64,000 nucleotides of DNA from an uncultured Actinomycetota bacterium (GCA_963829525.1 CAWHIJ010000003.1:2464001-2528000); one strand, 5' to 3'; positions 41,838 to 51,185 are shown, counted from the first letter of the stretch. Made by a program: numbers and translations. Notes: generated by a model not told the origin, from the letters alone.

Positions 41838-43087
41838 ACGTGGCTCATTTCTGTCGACGCGCTCGGCGGCACGCTGGCGCGGTCCTCGGCAGAGGGCACT
41901 AACCCGGCGCGCAGCCAGACACCGACGCCAGCAGGTTGGAATACCAACTGCACGACTGACTCCAGATCGGCCTGGACCACTCCCTCCTCGCTGCTCACCC
42001 GGAGGCGGTCAGCAAACTCTCCTATCGCCAACTCTGCGTCGTAGTGCTCGCGATCGAATCTGCGGTCCACTACTCGACGAACGCGTCTCAGCAGAGGCCG
42101 AAACGCCGCCGCTACGAGCAGCGTTGCCGCCGCGACGACGAGCGGCTGCCTACCGCTCACGAGTTCACTTGCAGTCGCAACCGTCACTGCATAGATGGCG
42201 ATCAACGAGCCGGTGACAAGGACATAGGAAGTGGTGCGGCTAATGATTCGATCGATGTCGTAGAGCCGATAGCGCAAGATCGCCACGCCGCAGGACACAA
42301 CGAAGAATGAGAGGACGAGCACCTCGGCGATTGAAGTGAGCGCTGGGGGGACAAAGCGGCCGAAGGTGGCTTCGAACGCGACGAGAAGGACGATCAGCGC
42401 GACCGCGAAGCCGAACCACCGCATCTGCTCGCGTTCGATCCCTCGCGAACGCCTTACCCGAAGGACCGAGGAGACGATGGACGCCGCCATCCCCGCCAGG
42501 AAAAGCAGGCCAAAGAACCCAGCGAATGCGGAGTCCTCGACGCTAGACACACTGGCCATGAAGGGTGGTGAGAATGGGTTTGGCGCTGACCGGGTGACCT
42601 CACCCGCCGATGAGTACTCCACTCCAACGGTTGGAACCATTGCCGCAACGAGGGTGATTCCCAGGGCGGAGAGCGTCGAGAGCCAGAGGACCGGGCGCCA
42701 TCGTGGGGACAGCAAACCAGATGGGAACAGAAGCAGCGTCACCGTGGTCAACAGGAAGAGCAAGGGGTACCAGGCCCATGCGGAGACCCACGCAGCCAGG
42801 AAACCCCACCAAGGCACTTCACCCGGTACCCGCGTCGCTAATGAAGTGGTCACGACCGCAAGGGACAGCGTTCCCGCCAGGGTGCCAATGCCGAGGAAGA
42901 CCCAACCCATCGGATTGCTTGGTCGCTGACGTGCCACCGAGGCGCCAACCACCGTCTCCGCGGCAACCGGGAAGAGCAGCAGGGGATTCTGCATCTCGCC
43001 AAATGTGAACGCGGCTGAAACGATCCCGATCGCCGCTGTCACCACCATCACCCACCACACGACGCGCAGCCCGACGTGCGCGTTCAT
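41834..43087 (-). CDS. Multi-TM sensor-like membrane protein, array copy 5
   Basis: RPSNPMGW, LLFPSGLLSPRWRP, ILRYRLYDIDRII, DRRFDREHYDAE, VFQPAGVGVWL; ATGA coupling. Confidence 0.85.
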   Translation of the reverse strand: MNAHVGLRVVWWVMVVTAAIGIVSAAFTFGEMQNPLLLFPVAAETVVGASVARQRPSNPMGWVFLGIGTLAGTLSLAVVTTSLATRVPGEVPWWGFLAAWVSAWAWYPLLFLLTTVTLLLFPSGLLSPRWRPVLWLSTLSALGITLVAAMVPTVGVEYSSAGEVTRSAPNPFSPPFMASVSSVEDSAFAGFFGLLFLAGMAASIVSSVLRVRRSRGIEREQMRWFGFAVALIVLLVAFEATFGRFVPPALTSIAEVLVLSFFVVSCGVAILRYRLYDIDRIISRTTSYVLVTGSLIAIYAVTVATASELVSGRQPLVVAAATLLVAAAFRPLLRRVRRVVDRRFDREHYDAELAIGEFADRLRVSSEEGVVQADLESVVQLVFQPAGVGVWLRAGLVPSAEDRASVPPSASTEMSHV

Positions 43088-44301
43088 GGCGTCTGCTCCG
43101 GTATCCAGACCGCCATGCTCGCGGGTTGTACGGTGGCACCGAGCACGGCGAGAAGATCCGAACGCACCTCTTCGCCCTCGACCTCGTCACGAAGCCTGAC
43201 CGCGAAGGCCTCTACTGCGCGCTCGGCATCGAACTGCTCACGGTTGAACCTCCGGTCCACCACCTGACGGGCCCATCGCAACACCGGCCGGAACAACCCG
43301 GCCGCAACCAAAGTCGCAACCGCAACCGCCCACGAGTCTGGCGCTCCCGTCGAACCAGACTCCGGAACCAACTGCGTTAACGACGTGACCACCACCGCAT
43401 AAACCGCCAGCAATACCCCAGTGACCAACGCATACGCCGTCGTCCGACCAATAATCCGATCAATGTCGTACAAGTGGTAGCGAAGAATCGCCACCCCACA
43501 AGTCAACGGAACCAGCATCATGATGAGCGTGAAAGTGACGTCTCCGAGCGCAGAGTCACGGAACCCCGGCGATACACCTCCGATCACCATGTGCAACGGA
43601 ATGAGCAGAATGGCGAACGCGAAGAGTCGCATCTGCAGCCGCTCGACGCCCCGAGACTGCCAGGTGCGCAGCACAACCGACCAGATCGATGCCAGCCCAC
43701 AAGCAACTGCCAGAAGGATCAGCCCCTGAACACCTGGAGAATCCAGCGAAGGGTCCGCTTCAACGATGAATGATGGAGCTAGCGAGTTGCTGACCACAAC
43801 AGCGTTGGCCTCGACACCTACCTCACCGATATCGATCGTCGGTGCCGTCGCAAATGCCAAGGTCAGCAATCCAGTGACCCAGGCAGATAGCCACAGCACC
43901 GGGCGCCATCGCGTCGACTTCAGCCCAGAAGGGTAAAGCAGCAGGCCGAACGTACAAATCAGCATCAATAGGGGCAGCCAGGCCCAGCTGTAGAACCAGC
44001 CGGCCAGCACCACCATGCCTTCGATGGGTGTTCCGGAATCCACGGCCGCCTGGACGACGGCCCCAGAGTCGATGCTGAGAATCAGGAGAAGGCCCACGCA
44101 CATCAAGAGCCAACCAAAGGGGTTCTTCGGCCGACGAAGCGCAATCAGGGCTCCGACACCGACGTAGCTGATAACGGTGAAGAGTAGGAAGAAGTTGTCG
44201 ATGTCGAACGATGGTGGCACCAGAATCTCGACGACGCAGGAGACCCCAGTCGCAGCAAGGATCAGCCACCAGACTCCTCGCTGAACGATTCGCGAACTCA
44301 T
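43084..44301 (-). CDS. Multi-TM sensor-like membrane protein, array copy 4
   Basis: RRPKNPFGW, LLYPSGLKSTRWRP, ILRYHLYDIDRII, DRRFNREQFDAE, TVQPASMAVWI; ATGA coupling. Confidence 0.85.
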   Translation of the reverse strand: MSSRIVQRGVWWLILAATGVSCVVEILVPPSFDIDNFFLLFTVISYVGVGALIALRRPKNPFGWLLMCVGLLLILSIDSGAVVQAAVDSGTPIEGMVVLAGWFYSWAWLPLLMLICTFGLLLYPSGLKSTRWRPVLWLSAWVTGLLTLAFATAPTIDIGEVGVEANAVVVSNSLAPSFIVEADPSLDSPGVQGLILLAVACGLASIWSVVLRTWQSRGVERLQMRLFAFAILLIPLHMVIGGVSPGFRDSALGDVTFTLIMMLVPLTCGVAILRYHLYDIDRIIGRTTAYALVTGVLLAVYAVVVTSLTQLVPESGSTGAPDSWAVAVATLVAAGLFRPVLRWARQVVDRRFNREQFDAERAVEAFAVRLRDEVEGEEVRSDLLAVLGATVQPASMAVWIPEQTP

Positions 44302-45491
44302 GACGTCGGCTCCCGAAGCCAGACTGTGGTGCTGGCCGGCTGGACCGTTGCGCGGAGCACGGCCAGGAGGTCAGCACGAACCTGCCCGCTGTCGACCTCA
44401 TCGCGCAACCTCACCGCGAAGGCTTCCACCGCGCGCTCGGCGTCGAACTGCTCACGGTTGAACCTCCGGTCCACCACCCGTCGCGCCCATCGCAACACCG
44501 GCCGGAACAACCCCGCAGCAACCAAGGTGGCCACCGCAACCGCCCACGAGTCAGCCTGCCCCGTCGACCCTGACTCCGGGACCAGACTCGTCAACGACGT
44601 CACGACCGCCGCGTACACAGCCAACAGGACAGCCGTGACCAACGCATACGCCGTCGTCCGACCAATAATCCGATCAATGTCGTACAGGTGGTAGCGAAGA
44701 ATCGCCACCCCACATGCCAGGGGAAGCAACGACAACACCACTGCTAGAAGAACTGTGTCGCTCGATGTCCACTCCGTAAGCAAGGACTGCACCATGAAGA
44801 GAGCCGAGACGAGGCCCGCGAGGATCAGCCACTTGATCTGGGAACGCTCGCGGTATCCACCACCACGGAAACGCAGCACCAACGACCACACCGACAGTCC
44901 CAGGGTAAGGAGAAAGCCAAGAGCGACGAACTCGAGTGCGTCAACGAAATCGCGAAGGGCCTCCGGAGTGTAGGGATTCTGCTTCGGCCGGCCGGCCGCA
45001 TCGGTGTACTGCGTGCTTGAGAACGCAACACTCAGCGTCCAGATGACAGTGACCACCCCTGCGCCCCATGCGACAGGACGCCACCGTGCGTTCAGCAAGT
45101 GACCATCGGGGAAGAGTAAGAAGGGGAAGGTGAGGAACACCGCCAGAAGCGGTGCCCACGGCCAGTTGCCGAACCACTCGGAGGCCGTTCCGCCGAAGCC
45201 ACCAGGCCTCACCACGGTGGCCCAGCCGGTGTATCCGGTATTGGCAATCGCCACTGAGATCCATAGGCCGCAGCCGAGGTAGATCCAACCAATCGCGTTG
45301 TCCGTGCGCCTGGTGGCGATCAGCAAGCCAACAGTTCCCAGGGCAAGAGCAGGCAGACCCAGGGCAATCACGCTCAGCGTGTAACTCGAACCAATCGTGC
45401 CGAAATTGACTATGACGAGAACGCACCCGACGAGAAGCAGAGCGACCAGCAGCGACCACAGACCTCGAGCCAAGTAGGTTGCTCGCCTCAT
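44298..45491 (-). CDS. Multi-TM sensor-like membrane protein, array copy 3 (mosaic)
   Basis: N-terminal part close to copy 6, C-terminal part close to copies 2 and 4; TVQPASTTVWL; ATGA coupling. Confidence 0.85.
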   Translation of the reverse strand: MRRATYLARGLWSLLVALLLVGCVLVIVNFGTIGSSYTLSVIALGLPALALGTVGLLIATRRTDNAIGWIYLGCGLWISVAIANTGYTGWATVVRPGGFGGTASEWFGNWPWAPLLAVFLTFPFLLFPDGHLLNARWRPVAWGAGVVTVIWTLSVAFSSTQYTDAAGRPKQNPYTPEALRDFVDALEFVALGFLLTLGLSVWSLVLRFRGGGYRERSQIKWLILAGLVSALFMVQSLLTEWTSSDTVLLAVVLSLLPLACGVAILRYHLYDIDRIIGRTTAYALVTAVLLAVYAAVVTSLTSLVPESGSTGQADSWAVAVATLVAAGLFRPVLRWARRVVDRRFNREQFDAERAVEAFAVRLRDEVDSGQVRADLLAVLRATVQPASTTVWLREPTS

Positions 45492-46726
45492 GGCGTGGGC
45501 TCCTTCAACCAGAGGCCAGTAGAGGCCGGTTGCACAGTCGACCCCAGCACCTTCAGCAGGTCCGACCGCACTTCCTCGCCCTCGACCTCGTCGCGAAGCC
45601 TGACTGCAAAGGCTTCCACCGCGCGCTCGGCATCGAACTGCTCACGGTTAAACCTCCGGTCCACCACCCGGCGCGCCCACCGCAATACCGGCCGGAACAA
45701 TCCAGCCGCGACCAACGTGGCCACAGCAACAGCCCACGAGTCCGCTTGTCCTGTCGAACCCGACGCCGGCACCAGACTGGTCAACGACGTCACCACGGCT
45801 ACGTAAACGCCGAGAAGCACGCCCGTAACAAGGACATAGGCAGTGGTCCGTCCAATGATCCGGTCAATGTCGTACAGCCGGTAACGCAGGATCGCCACAC
45901 CACACGAAAGGGGAATGAGCGCGAAGGCAACGGCCAGGAGGACGTAGCGCCCCGTGGAGTGTCCGTGCTCGGCCAAGTACTGAGCGGGCCAAAGAACCAG
46001 GATCAGCAAGGCGATGGCGGCTGCGAAGAGTCGCATCTGTAGGCGTTCAACGCCAGTCGAACGCCAGGTGCGACGTACGGCTGCCCCAACGGCCGCCACG
46101 ACGCACACTGCCATGAGCGAGATGAATACCGGAAAGATGAAGTCAAGGGGTCGGGCGTCCGGACCATCTGGGTGCGCCGACATGACCTGGCCAACGAAGT
46201 TCGGTGACATCGGATTCTCAAGCTCGACCTGAGCAGAACCAGTGCCAGGCAAGTCGACCCATACCGTTGGGGCGGTGACCCCGAGAACGAAGCTGGAAGC
46301 GATCAAGGCCCATGCCAGCCATAGGACGGGCCTCCACCTATGTGAAGGGAGGCCGGAGGGATACAGCAGAAAGGTGACCGCCGTCGAGAGGAGAATCAGA
46401 GGGAACACCAGCGCGATCCCCAACTGCGCCGGGATAGCCACATCGGGACCGTACGGGAGCCCGCCGGCCTGGGCACGCTCCGTCAGGGACAGCAATAGCG
46501 CGGTCAGCGACCCCAGGAGACCTACGAAGAGAAAGACCCAGCCGATCGCGTTGTCTGGGCGCCGATAGGCAATGACGGCACCCACCGGCGCGAAGACCAG
46601 ATAGGCGAGAAAGAGAAGGTCTTCTTCCCCGTAGCCGGGCTGCACAACGGTCTTGACGACCAGAACCACCATGATCGCGGCAAGTACTCCCCACCACACG
46701 GCCCGCTGCAGCCCCAGTCGGTTCAT
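45488..46726 (-). CDS. Multi-TM sensor-like membrane protein, array copy 2
   Basis: RRPDNAIGW, LLYPSGLPSHRWRP, ILRYRLYDIDRII, TVQPASTGLWL; ATGA coupling. Confidence 0.85.
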   Translation of the reverse strand: MNRLGLQRAVWWGVLAAIMVVLVVKTVVQPGYGEEDLLFLAYLVFAPVGAVIAYRRPDNAIGWVFLFVGLLGSLTALLLSLTERAQAGGLPYGPDVAIPAQLGIALVFPLILLSTAVTFLLYPSGLPSHRWRPVLWLAWALIASSFVLGVTAPTVWVDLPGTGSAQVELENPMSPNFVGQVMSAHPDGPDARPLDFIFPVFISLMAVCVVAAVGAAVRRTWRSTGVERLQMRLFAAAIALLILVLWPAQYLAEHGHSTGRYVLLAVAFALIPLSCGVAILRYRLYDIDRIIGRTTAYVLVTGVLLGVYVAVVTSLTSLVPASGSTGQADSWAVAVATLVAAGLFRPVLRWARRVVDRRFNREQFDAERAVEAFAVRLRDEVEGEEVRSDLLKVLGSTVQPASTGLWLKEPTP

Positions 46727-47919
46727 GTGATCGGCTCGCGGGTCCAGAGGGCAAAGGCGCCGGGCTGAACTGTCATCTCGAGAGTCGCAACGAGTTCTTC
46801 TGAGACGACCGCGGGTTGCACCTGGTGTCGCATCCGATCAGCGAACTGTTCCACCGCCATCTGACCGTCATACCTTTGTCGGTTGAAGCGCCGGTCGACG
46901 AAGCCCTGGACGCGCGTGAGAACTGGTCTGAAGAGTGCCGCCGCGGTCAAGGTGGCAACAGCCACAACCGGTCCGTCAGCCGTGTTGGGCAGGAGGCCAG
47001 ATGCGAGTGTGATCACACCCACGTACACCGCGATCAAGGTAAGGCTGACCAGTGCGTACGAGACCGTCCGACTAACGAGGCGATCTAGCTCATAGAGCCG
47101 ATAGCGGCTCACAGCAATACCAATCGCTACGGCAATCGCGTTCATCGGCAGTGCCCACAGGAGGTTCACCAGTCCGAACTGCAGGATCTCGTCAGCGCCG
47201 GTCGGCAGCAGTTCAAGCGTCGCGATGGTGGCCAGTGCCACCGCCACGCCGGCGATGAACCACCGGTACTGCAGCCGAACGATCCCAGTGCTACCCCTCC
47301 AACGAAGGGTCTGGCTGATCAGCGTGGCGAGAACGAGAGTGGGAACAACGAGGAAGCCGGGCCCTTCGATGAACCAGGTGCTAATCCCTTCCAGCATGCT
47401 CACCCGAAGTGGGTTGGGTCGCTCACTGTCGATCAGCCGTGGACCCACCAGGTTGAGGAACGTGATCCACACCGCCAGGGCACACAGGACACGAGACAGC
47501 ACCTTCGCTCCTCGCGTGGCTCCGAACCCCGAGGGGAATGCGATAACCACCCCGATGAGCCCGATCCAGCCGAGCGCCCCGGCGAGCATGCCGGGCATCT
47601 CCAGCAGCACCGGTCCACGCGGCGACGGGCGGAGAAGCAGATCGTGCGTTGCGGTCGTGATCGCCATGCAGGAACCGGTGAAGAGCAGCAGCCGTCCGAC
47701 TGTGTTAGCACGCCGGTGGAGCAGGATCATCATTCCGACGATCGGAAACCCGACCCAGGCGATTCCCCACCACGAGTCGGCCTGAGATGTCGATTCTGAA
47801 GCGTCCGCGAGGCCCAACTCGATGGCGACATTCCAAAGGAAGCCAGAGAGCAGCACTGCCGTGACGACCATCGCGGTCCCGACGAGTGCCGCCCTGCGAT
47901 AGCTCTCCCTCTCGCCCAA
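46723..47919 (-). CDS. Multi-TM sensor-like membrane protein, array copy 1 (start uncertain: TTG 47919 or ATG 47871)
   Basis: RRANTVG, FPSG, VSRYRLYELDRLVSRTVSY, DRRFNRQRYDG, TVQPGAFALW. Confidence 0.8.
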   Translation of the reverse strand: MGERESYRRAALVGTAMVVTAVLLSGFLWNVAIELGLADASESTSQADSWWGIAWVGFPIVGMMILLHRRANTVGRLLLFTGSCMAITTATHDLLLRPSPRGPVLLEMPGMLAGALGWIGLIGVVIAFPSGFGATRGAKVLSRVLCALAVWITFLNLVGPRLIDSERPNPLRVSMLEGISTWFIEGPGFLVVPTLVLATLISQTLRWRGSTGIVRLQYRWFIAGVAVALATIATLELLPTGADEILQFGLVNLLWALPMNAIAVAIGIAVSRYRLYELDRLVSRTVSYALVSLTLIAVYVGVITLASGLLPNTADGPVVAVATLTAAALFRPVLTRVQGFVDRRFNRQRYDGQMAVEQFADRMRHQVQPAVVSEELVATLEMTVQPGAFALWTREPIT

Positions 47920-47929
47920 GGCGGGCCGC

Positions 47930-48676
47930 CTATCCGCTGGACCGCTGCGGACGGAGCATCCTGATCGGGGTCGTGACAATGTGGATCCCGGAACGGATTC
48001 CGGAGTTGTGCCACACGTTCCGCCAGTTCGACCACAACCGCTTGCGGTCGACGCAGATGGTCTCCTCGGACACCTTGGCGTCCACGACGCCGTAGTGCGC
48101 GGCCAAGTTCGTCAGCGTTCCCATCCAGAACTCGTCTTCTTTACGACGAGCCACGGGCCAGGCAAGCTCCCAGATCGGGTCGTTGGGCCTGATCAGAATC
48201 TTGATCTCCACTCGAGTCTCACCGGCGTCCTCCTCCGCGGAGAACGTGATCATGCCCGCGAACATGTGCCCCTCGGGCGTCATGAAGGTGAAAGATTCCT
48301 CGTCGGCGTAGATGACCAAGATCCCCGTGGCCAACTTCGGCCCGTGACTGGCGATACCCACCTCTATCGGCGTCACCGCACCGGGCTCGATCCCCGTCAA
48401 GCTGTTGTGGAACACGCTGCCAGGGGGCCAGTAGTCGCCGAAGTTCACCTTCCAGTCGCCGATGAGCGACTTGGCACCGACCACCGATCCGAGATTCGTC
48501 GAGTACGTGCGTTGCCAAAGCCGGCCGAAGCCCTGCTGTGGACCGGTGACCTTCTTACCGGTGATGTTGTACCCGACCTTTGACTTCTCATCGGGTGCCG
48601 CCAGCCTGTCGACCTTGGTCGCCCAGTTGCCCGCATCGCGCGGACCGACTGGGTCGTTCGTGCCTGGGGTGGTCAT
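47930..48676 (-). CDS. DUF1990-like / SRPBCC-superfamily conserved protein
   Basis: GPQQGFGRLWQRTY, TGILVIYADEESFTFMTPEGHMFAGMITFSA, RPNDP..E, EDEFW..TL..LA; GAGGAG RBS. Confidence 0.65.
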   Translation of the reverse strand: MTTPGTNDPVGPRDAGNWATKVDRLAAPDEKSKVGYNITGKKVTGPQQGFGRLWQRTYSTNLGSVVGAKSLIGDWKVNFGDYWPPGSVFHNSLTGIEPGAVTPIEVGIASHGPKLATGILVIYADEESFTFMTPEGHMFAGMITFSAEEDAGETRVEIKILIRPNDPIWELAWPVARRKEDEFWMGTLTNLAAHYGVVDAKVSEETICVDRKRLWSNWRNVWHNSGIRSGIHIVTTPIRMLRPQRSSG

Positions 48677-48688
48677 CGCTTCTCCTCG

Positions 48689-49039
48689 TTACGCACTTGC
48701 GAGCGCGGTAGCAGCATCTGCGTGCAGTGCGATCGCCTCGTCGAGGCGGGTCAGCTCAAAGATCTGCCGGTAGTGATCGGTGAGGCCAACGGCAGCCAGC
48801 TTCTGCTGCTGACGGTTGGCGCGTACGAGCAAAGTGACGAGCATGCCGATTCCGCCACTGTTCATGTATGTGAGCCCAGTGAAGTCGAGGACGAGGAAGC
48901 GCGTTCCCGGGGCACAGGCCTCGTCGTACGCCGACATCAAAACCGGCTCGCACGCCGCGGTCACATCACCTGCGATCTCGATGACTGCTGTTCCGGCCTC
49001 GGGGAAGTGCACCGTCATGCTGACCTGTGGTTCTGACAT
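48689..49039 (-). CDS. STAS-domain anti-anti-sigma factor (SpoIIAA/RsbV-like) 2
   Basis: LDFTGLTYMNSGGIGMLV with phosphoacceptor-position Ser; HYRQIFELTRLD; AAGGA RBS. Confidence 0.9.
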   Translation of the reverse strand: MSEPQVSMTVHFPEAGTAVIEIAGDVTAACEPVLMSAYDEACAPGTRFLVLDFTGLTYMNSGGIGMLVTLLVRANRQQQKLAAVGLTDHYRQIFELTRLDEAIALHADAATALASA

Positions 49040-49058
49040 GAGTTTCGTCCTTTCGCCG

Positions 49059-49409
49059 TTATGCGGTGGTGGCGCCGACCGCGGCGTCAACGTCGGAGAA
49101 GACCTGGATGAAGTCGGACAAGCGAGTGATGTCGAAGATGTGGCGGTAGTGCTCTGTGAGTCCAGACGCGTGGACCGCCCGCTTCTCGGCTCGCGCTCGC
49201 CCCAGCAGACTCACGATCAGCGCGATGCCCGTGGAGTTGATGTAGTCGACCGCATCGAAGTCCAGGACGACGGTCGCCGGGCTCGACAAAGCTGCCGTGT
49301 CGTAAGCCGCGGCGAGCAGCCCCGATGCGTCACGGTCGATCTGTCCGGTGAGGACAATCACCGCAGTCTCCGGGTCATGGCGGACGACGACTTCATATTC
49401 TGTTGTCAT
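49059..49409 (-). CDS. STAS-domain anti-anti-sigma factor 1
   Basis: LDFDAVDYINSTGIALIV; HYRHIFDITRL; ATGA overlap with phosphatase stop. Confidence 0.9.
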   Translation of the reverse strand: MTTEYEVVVRHDPETAVIVLTGQIDRDASGLLAAAYDTAALSSPATVVLDFDAVDYINSTGIALIVSLLGRARAEKRAVHASGLTEHYRHIFDITRLSDFIQVFSDVDAAVGATTA

Positions 49410-51167
49410 GACGTGGCTCCGTCCTTCTCGGCTGGGTCAGCCGCTGATGGATCGACGTTGAGGACCAGCCGAACGGTGTGCCGCTCTTCCCTGGTGTGCT
49501 CTTCGCACTCGTCGACCATGTTCTCGATGAGGAACAGTCCCCATCCACGCGTTGTCTGCAGGCCCGCCAACTTCAGCTCGAGGTCGGGGGTGTCGGCGAC
49601 GGCGTCCTCGCCCCGTCCGCCGAGGTCGCTGATCTCGACAGCGATCCCCCGCGCGGTACGCAAGACCACCACGTCAACCGGAAGCTCGGCGCGATTGTGG
49701 TTGCCGTGCTCGATGGCATTCATCGCCGCCTCCGCGGAGGCCGTCTTGATGCGCTCGAGCTGGTCGGTGCTGAGCCCACTGTCTGCGACGATCTCGGCCA
49801 CTCGCGCTAGTACGAGCCGCTCATTCCCCGGTTCGCTGGGAACCGAGAACCTGGAGAGCACCTCCTCAGCCTCTGGTTGGGCCGGTCGAGCGGCTGCGCT
49901 CCGTTCCAGCGTCACCAGCGTGACGTCGTCCTCCTGCTCCAGGCCGCCGGAGAAGCGCTCCAACGTCGACACACATGCGTCAACGAGGGCGGGGCCGGAC
50001 TCCGCTTGCCCTACAAGGTCTTGGGTTCGGTCGAAGCCAAACATCTCGCCGTCATCGTTGTGTTGCTCCGTGATGCCATCGCTATAGAGCAGCAGGACCT
50101 CTCCTGGGTTGATGACCGCCTGCACCTCGTCGTAGGAACTCTCCGGCATCAGGCCAAGGGGCATTCCAGTCGCTCGCAGCTCGCGGACTCCGTCTCGACC
50201 CCGCACGAACGGCAAGTTGTGGCCGGCATTGGCCAACTGCACCTCGCCCGTGTCACGGTCGAAGACCAGCACCAGACAGGTCACAAACATGTGCGCTGGG
50301 ATGTCGGTGCAGAGCAGCTCGTTGACCCGTCCCAGAACCGCCGCAGGAGAGATGAGCCGCGGGCCGGCCTCGCGCAACAAGGCGTGGGTGCTGGCCATCA
50401 CCAGGGCCGCTGGCACACCTTTGTCCGTCACATCACCGGTGACCACCATGATGCGTCCGTCAGGAAGTTCCATGACGTCGTAGAAGTCCCCACCAACGGT
50501 GCGCGCCGGCAGATAGAAGGCTGACAGGTCCCAACCGGCCAAGTTCGGCAACGACTGCGGAAGGAACTGCTGCTGGATCAGCTGTGCGACGCGAAGCTCT
50601 TGCTCGATGCGCTCACGAACTCTCGCTTCGCCTTGCTGCTGACGTACCATCTGCCCAAGCCGCAGGGCCGGAGCGGCATACCGAGCGAGGGTGTCGAGAA
50701 GTCGTCGGTCGTCATGGGAGTACCCGCGCTCCGACAGGCGTTGGCCTAGCGCCAGCAGCCCCACCATTTCTCCCGAGGCAACGAGCGGTACGACCAGCTC
50801 GACGCCCGACTCGCGCATGTCGATGACGGCGGGTGAGTCTTGCGGCAGCGTCGTCACGTCCACCGGCCCTGACGCTCCCTGGAGGAAGGCCAGGACTGGG
50901 TCGTTGGGTGCGATGTCCAGGGTGAGGGTCTCGGTCTTCGAGGTGGCCAGCTCAACGGTCGGAGCCACCTCATCTGTGGCGCGGGGCCGGCGCCACCAGC
51001 GCCTGGTTCCGGCCGTCCCCTGTGCGGCCGGAGCCGGCGACGTGGAACCCTCGGGCCGATCCTCAGCCAGAGTCCGGGGCCGCGACGTCGAGCTCAAGTG
51101 GCTGAACCACTTCGCCTCCTGGTGCTGTGCCCCCTTGCGGGGTCGGACCTTCGTACGGCTCGAGCAT
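49406..51167 (-). CDS. Partial-GAF + SpoIIE/RsbU PP2C phosphatase + RsbW-type HATPase (anti-sigma kinase) fusion
   Basis: IAPNDP...LVVPLVASGEMVGLLALG..LSERGYS.DDRRLL.TLA (GAF C-half); VGGDFYD, GDVTDKGVPAALVM, NAGHN, YSDGITE, EDDVT; EAAMNAIEHGN, ISDLG, RGWGLFLI. ATG 51167 has GGGAGG RBS but needs one frameshift before about 51070 to join the main frame. Confidence 0.88.
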
Positions 51168-51185
51168 CGCGCACCTCCCGTTCCG

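Noticed and set aside
43421-44714. Diversity-generating retroelement TR/VR pair
   Set aside because: Both 80-nt copies are inside conserved coding regions with one mismatch, and no reverse transcriptase is present
39445-47919. Sensor genes as truncated pseudogenes or frameshift artefacts
   Set aside because: All seven are intact, end at the same homologous position and overlap the next start by 4 nt, which indicates selected architecture
39445-51167. Shufflon-like DNA rearrangement fusing sensors to the phosphatase
   Set aside because: No recombinase or inverted repeats; the phosphatase gene is upstream of the sensors, so simple deletion cannot make sensor-phosphatase fusions; assembly in trans fits better
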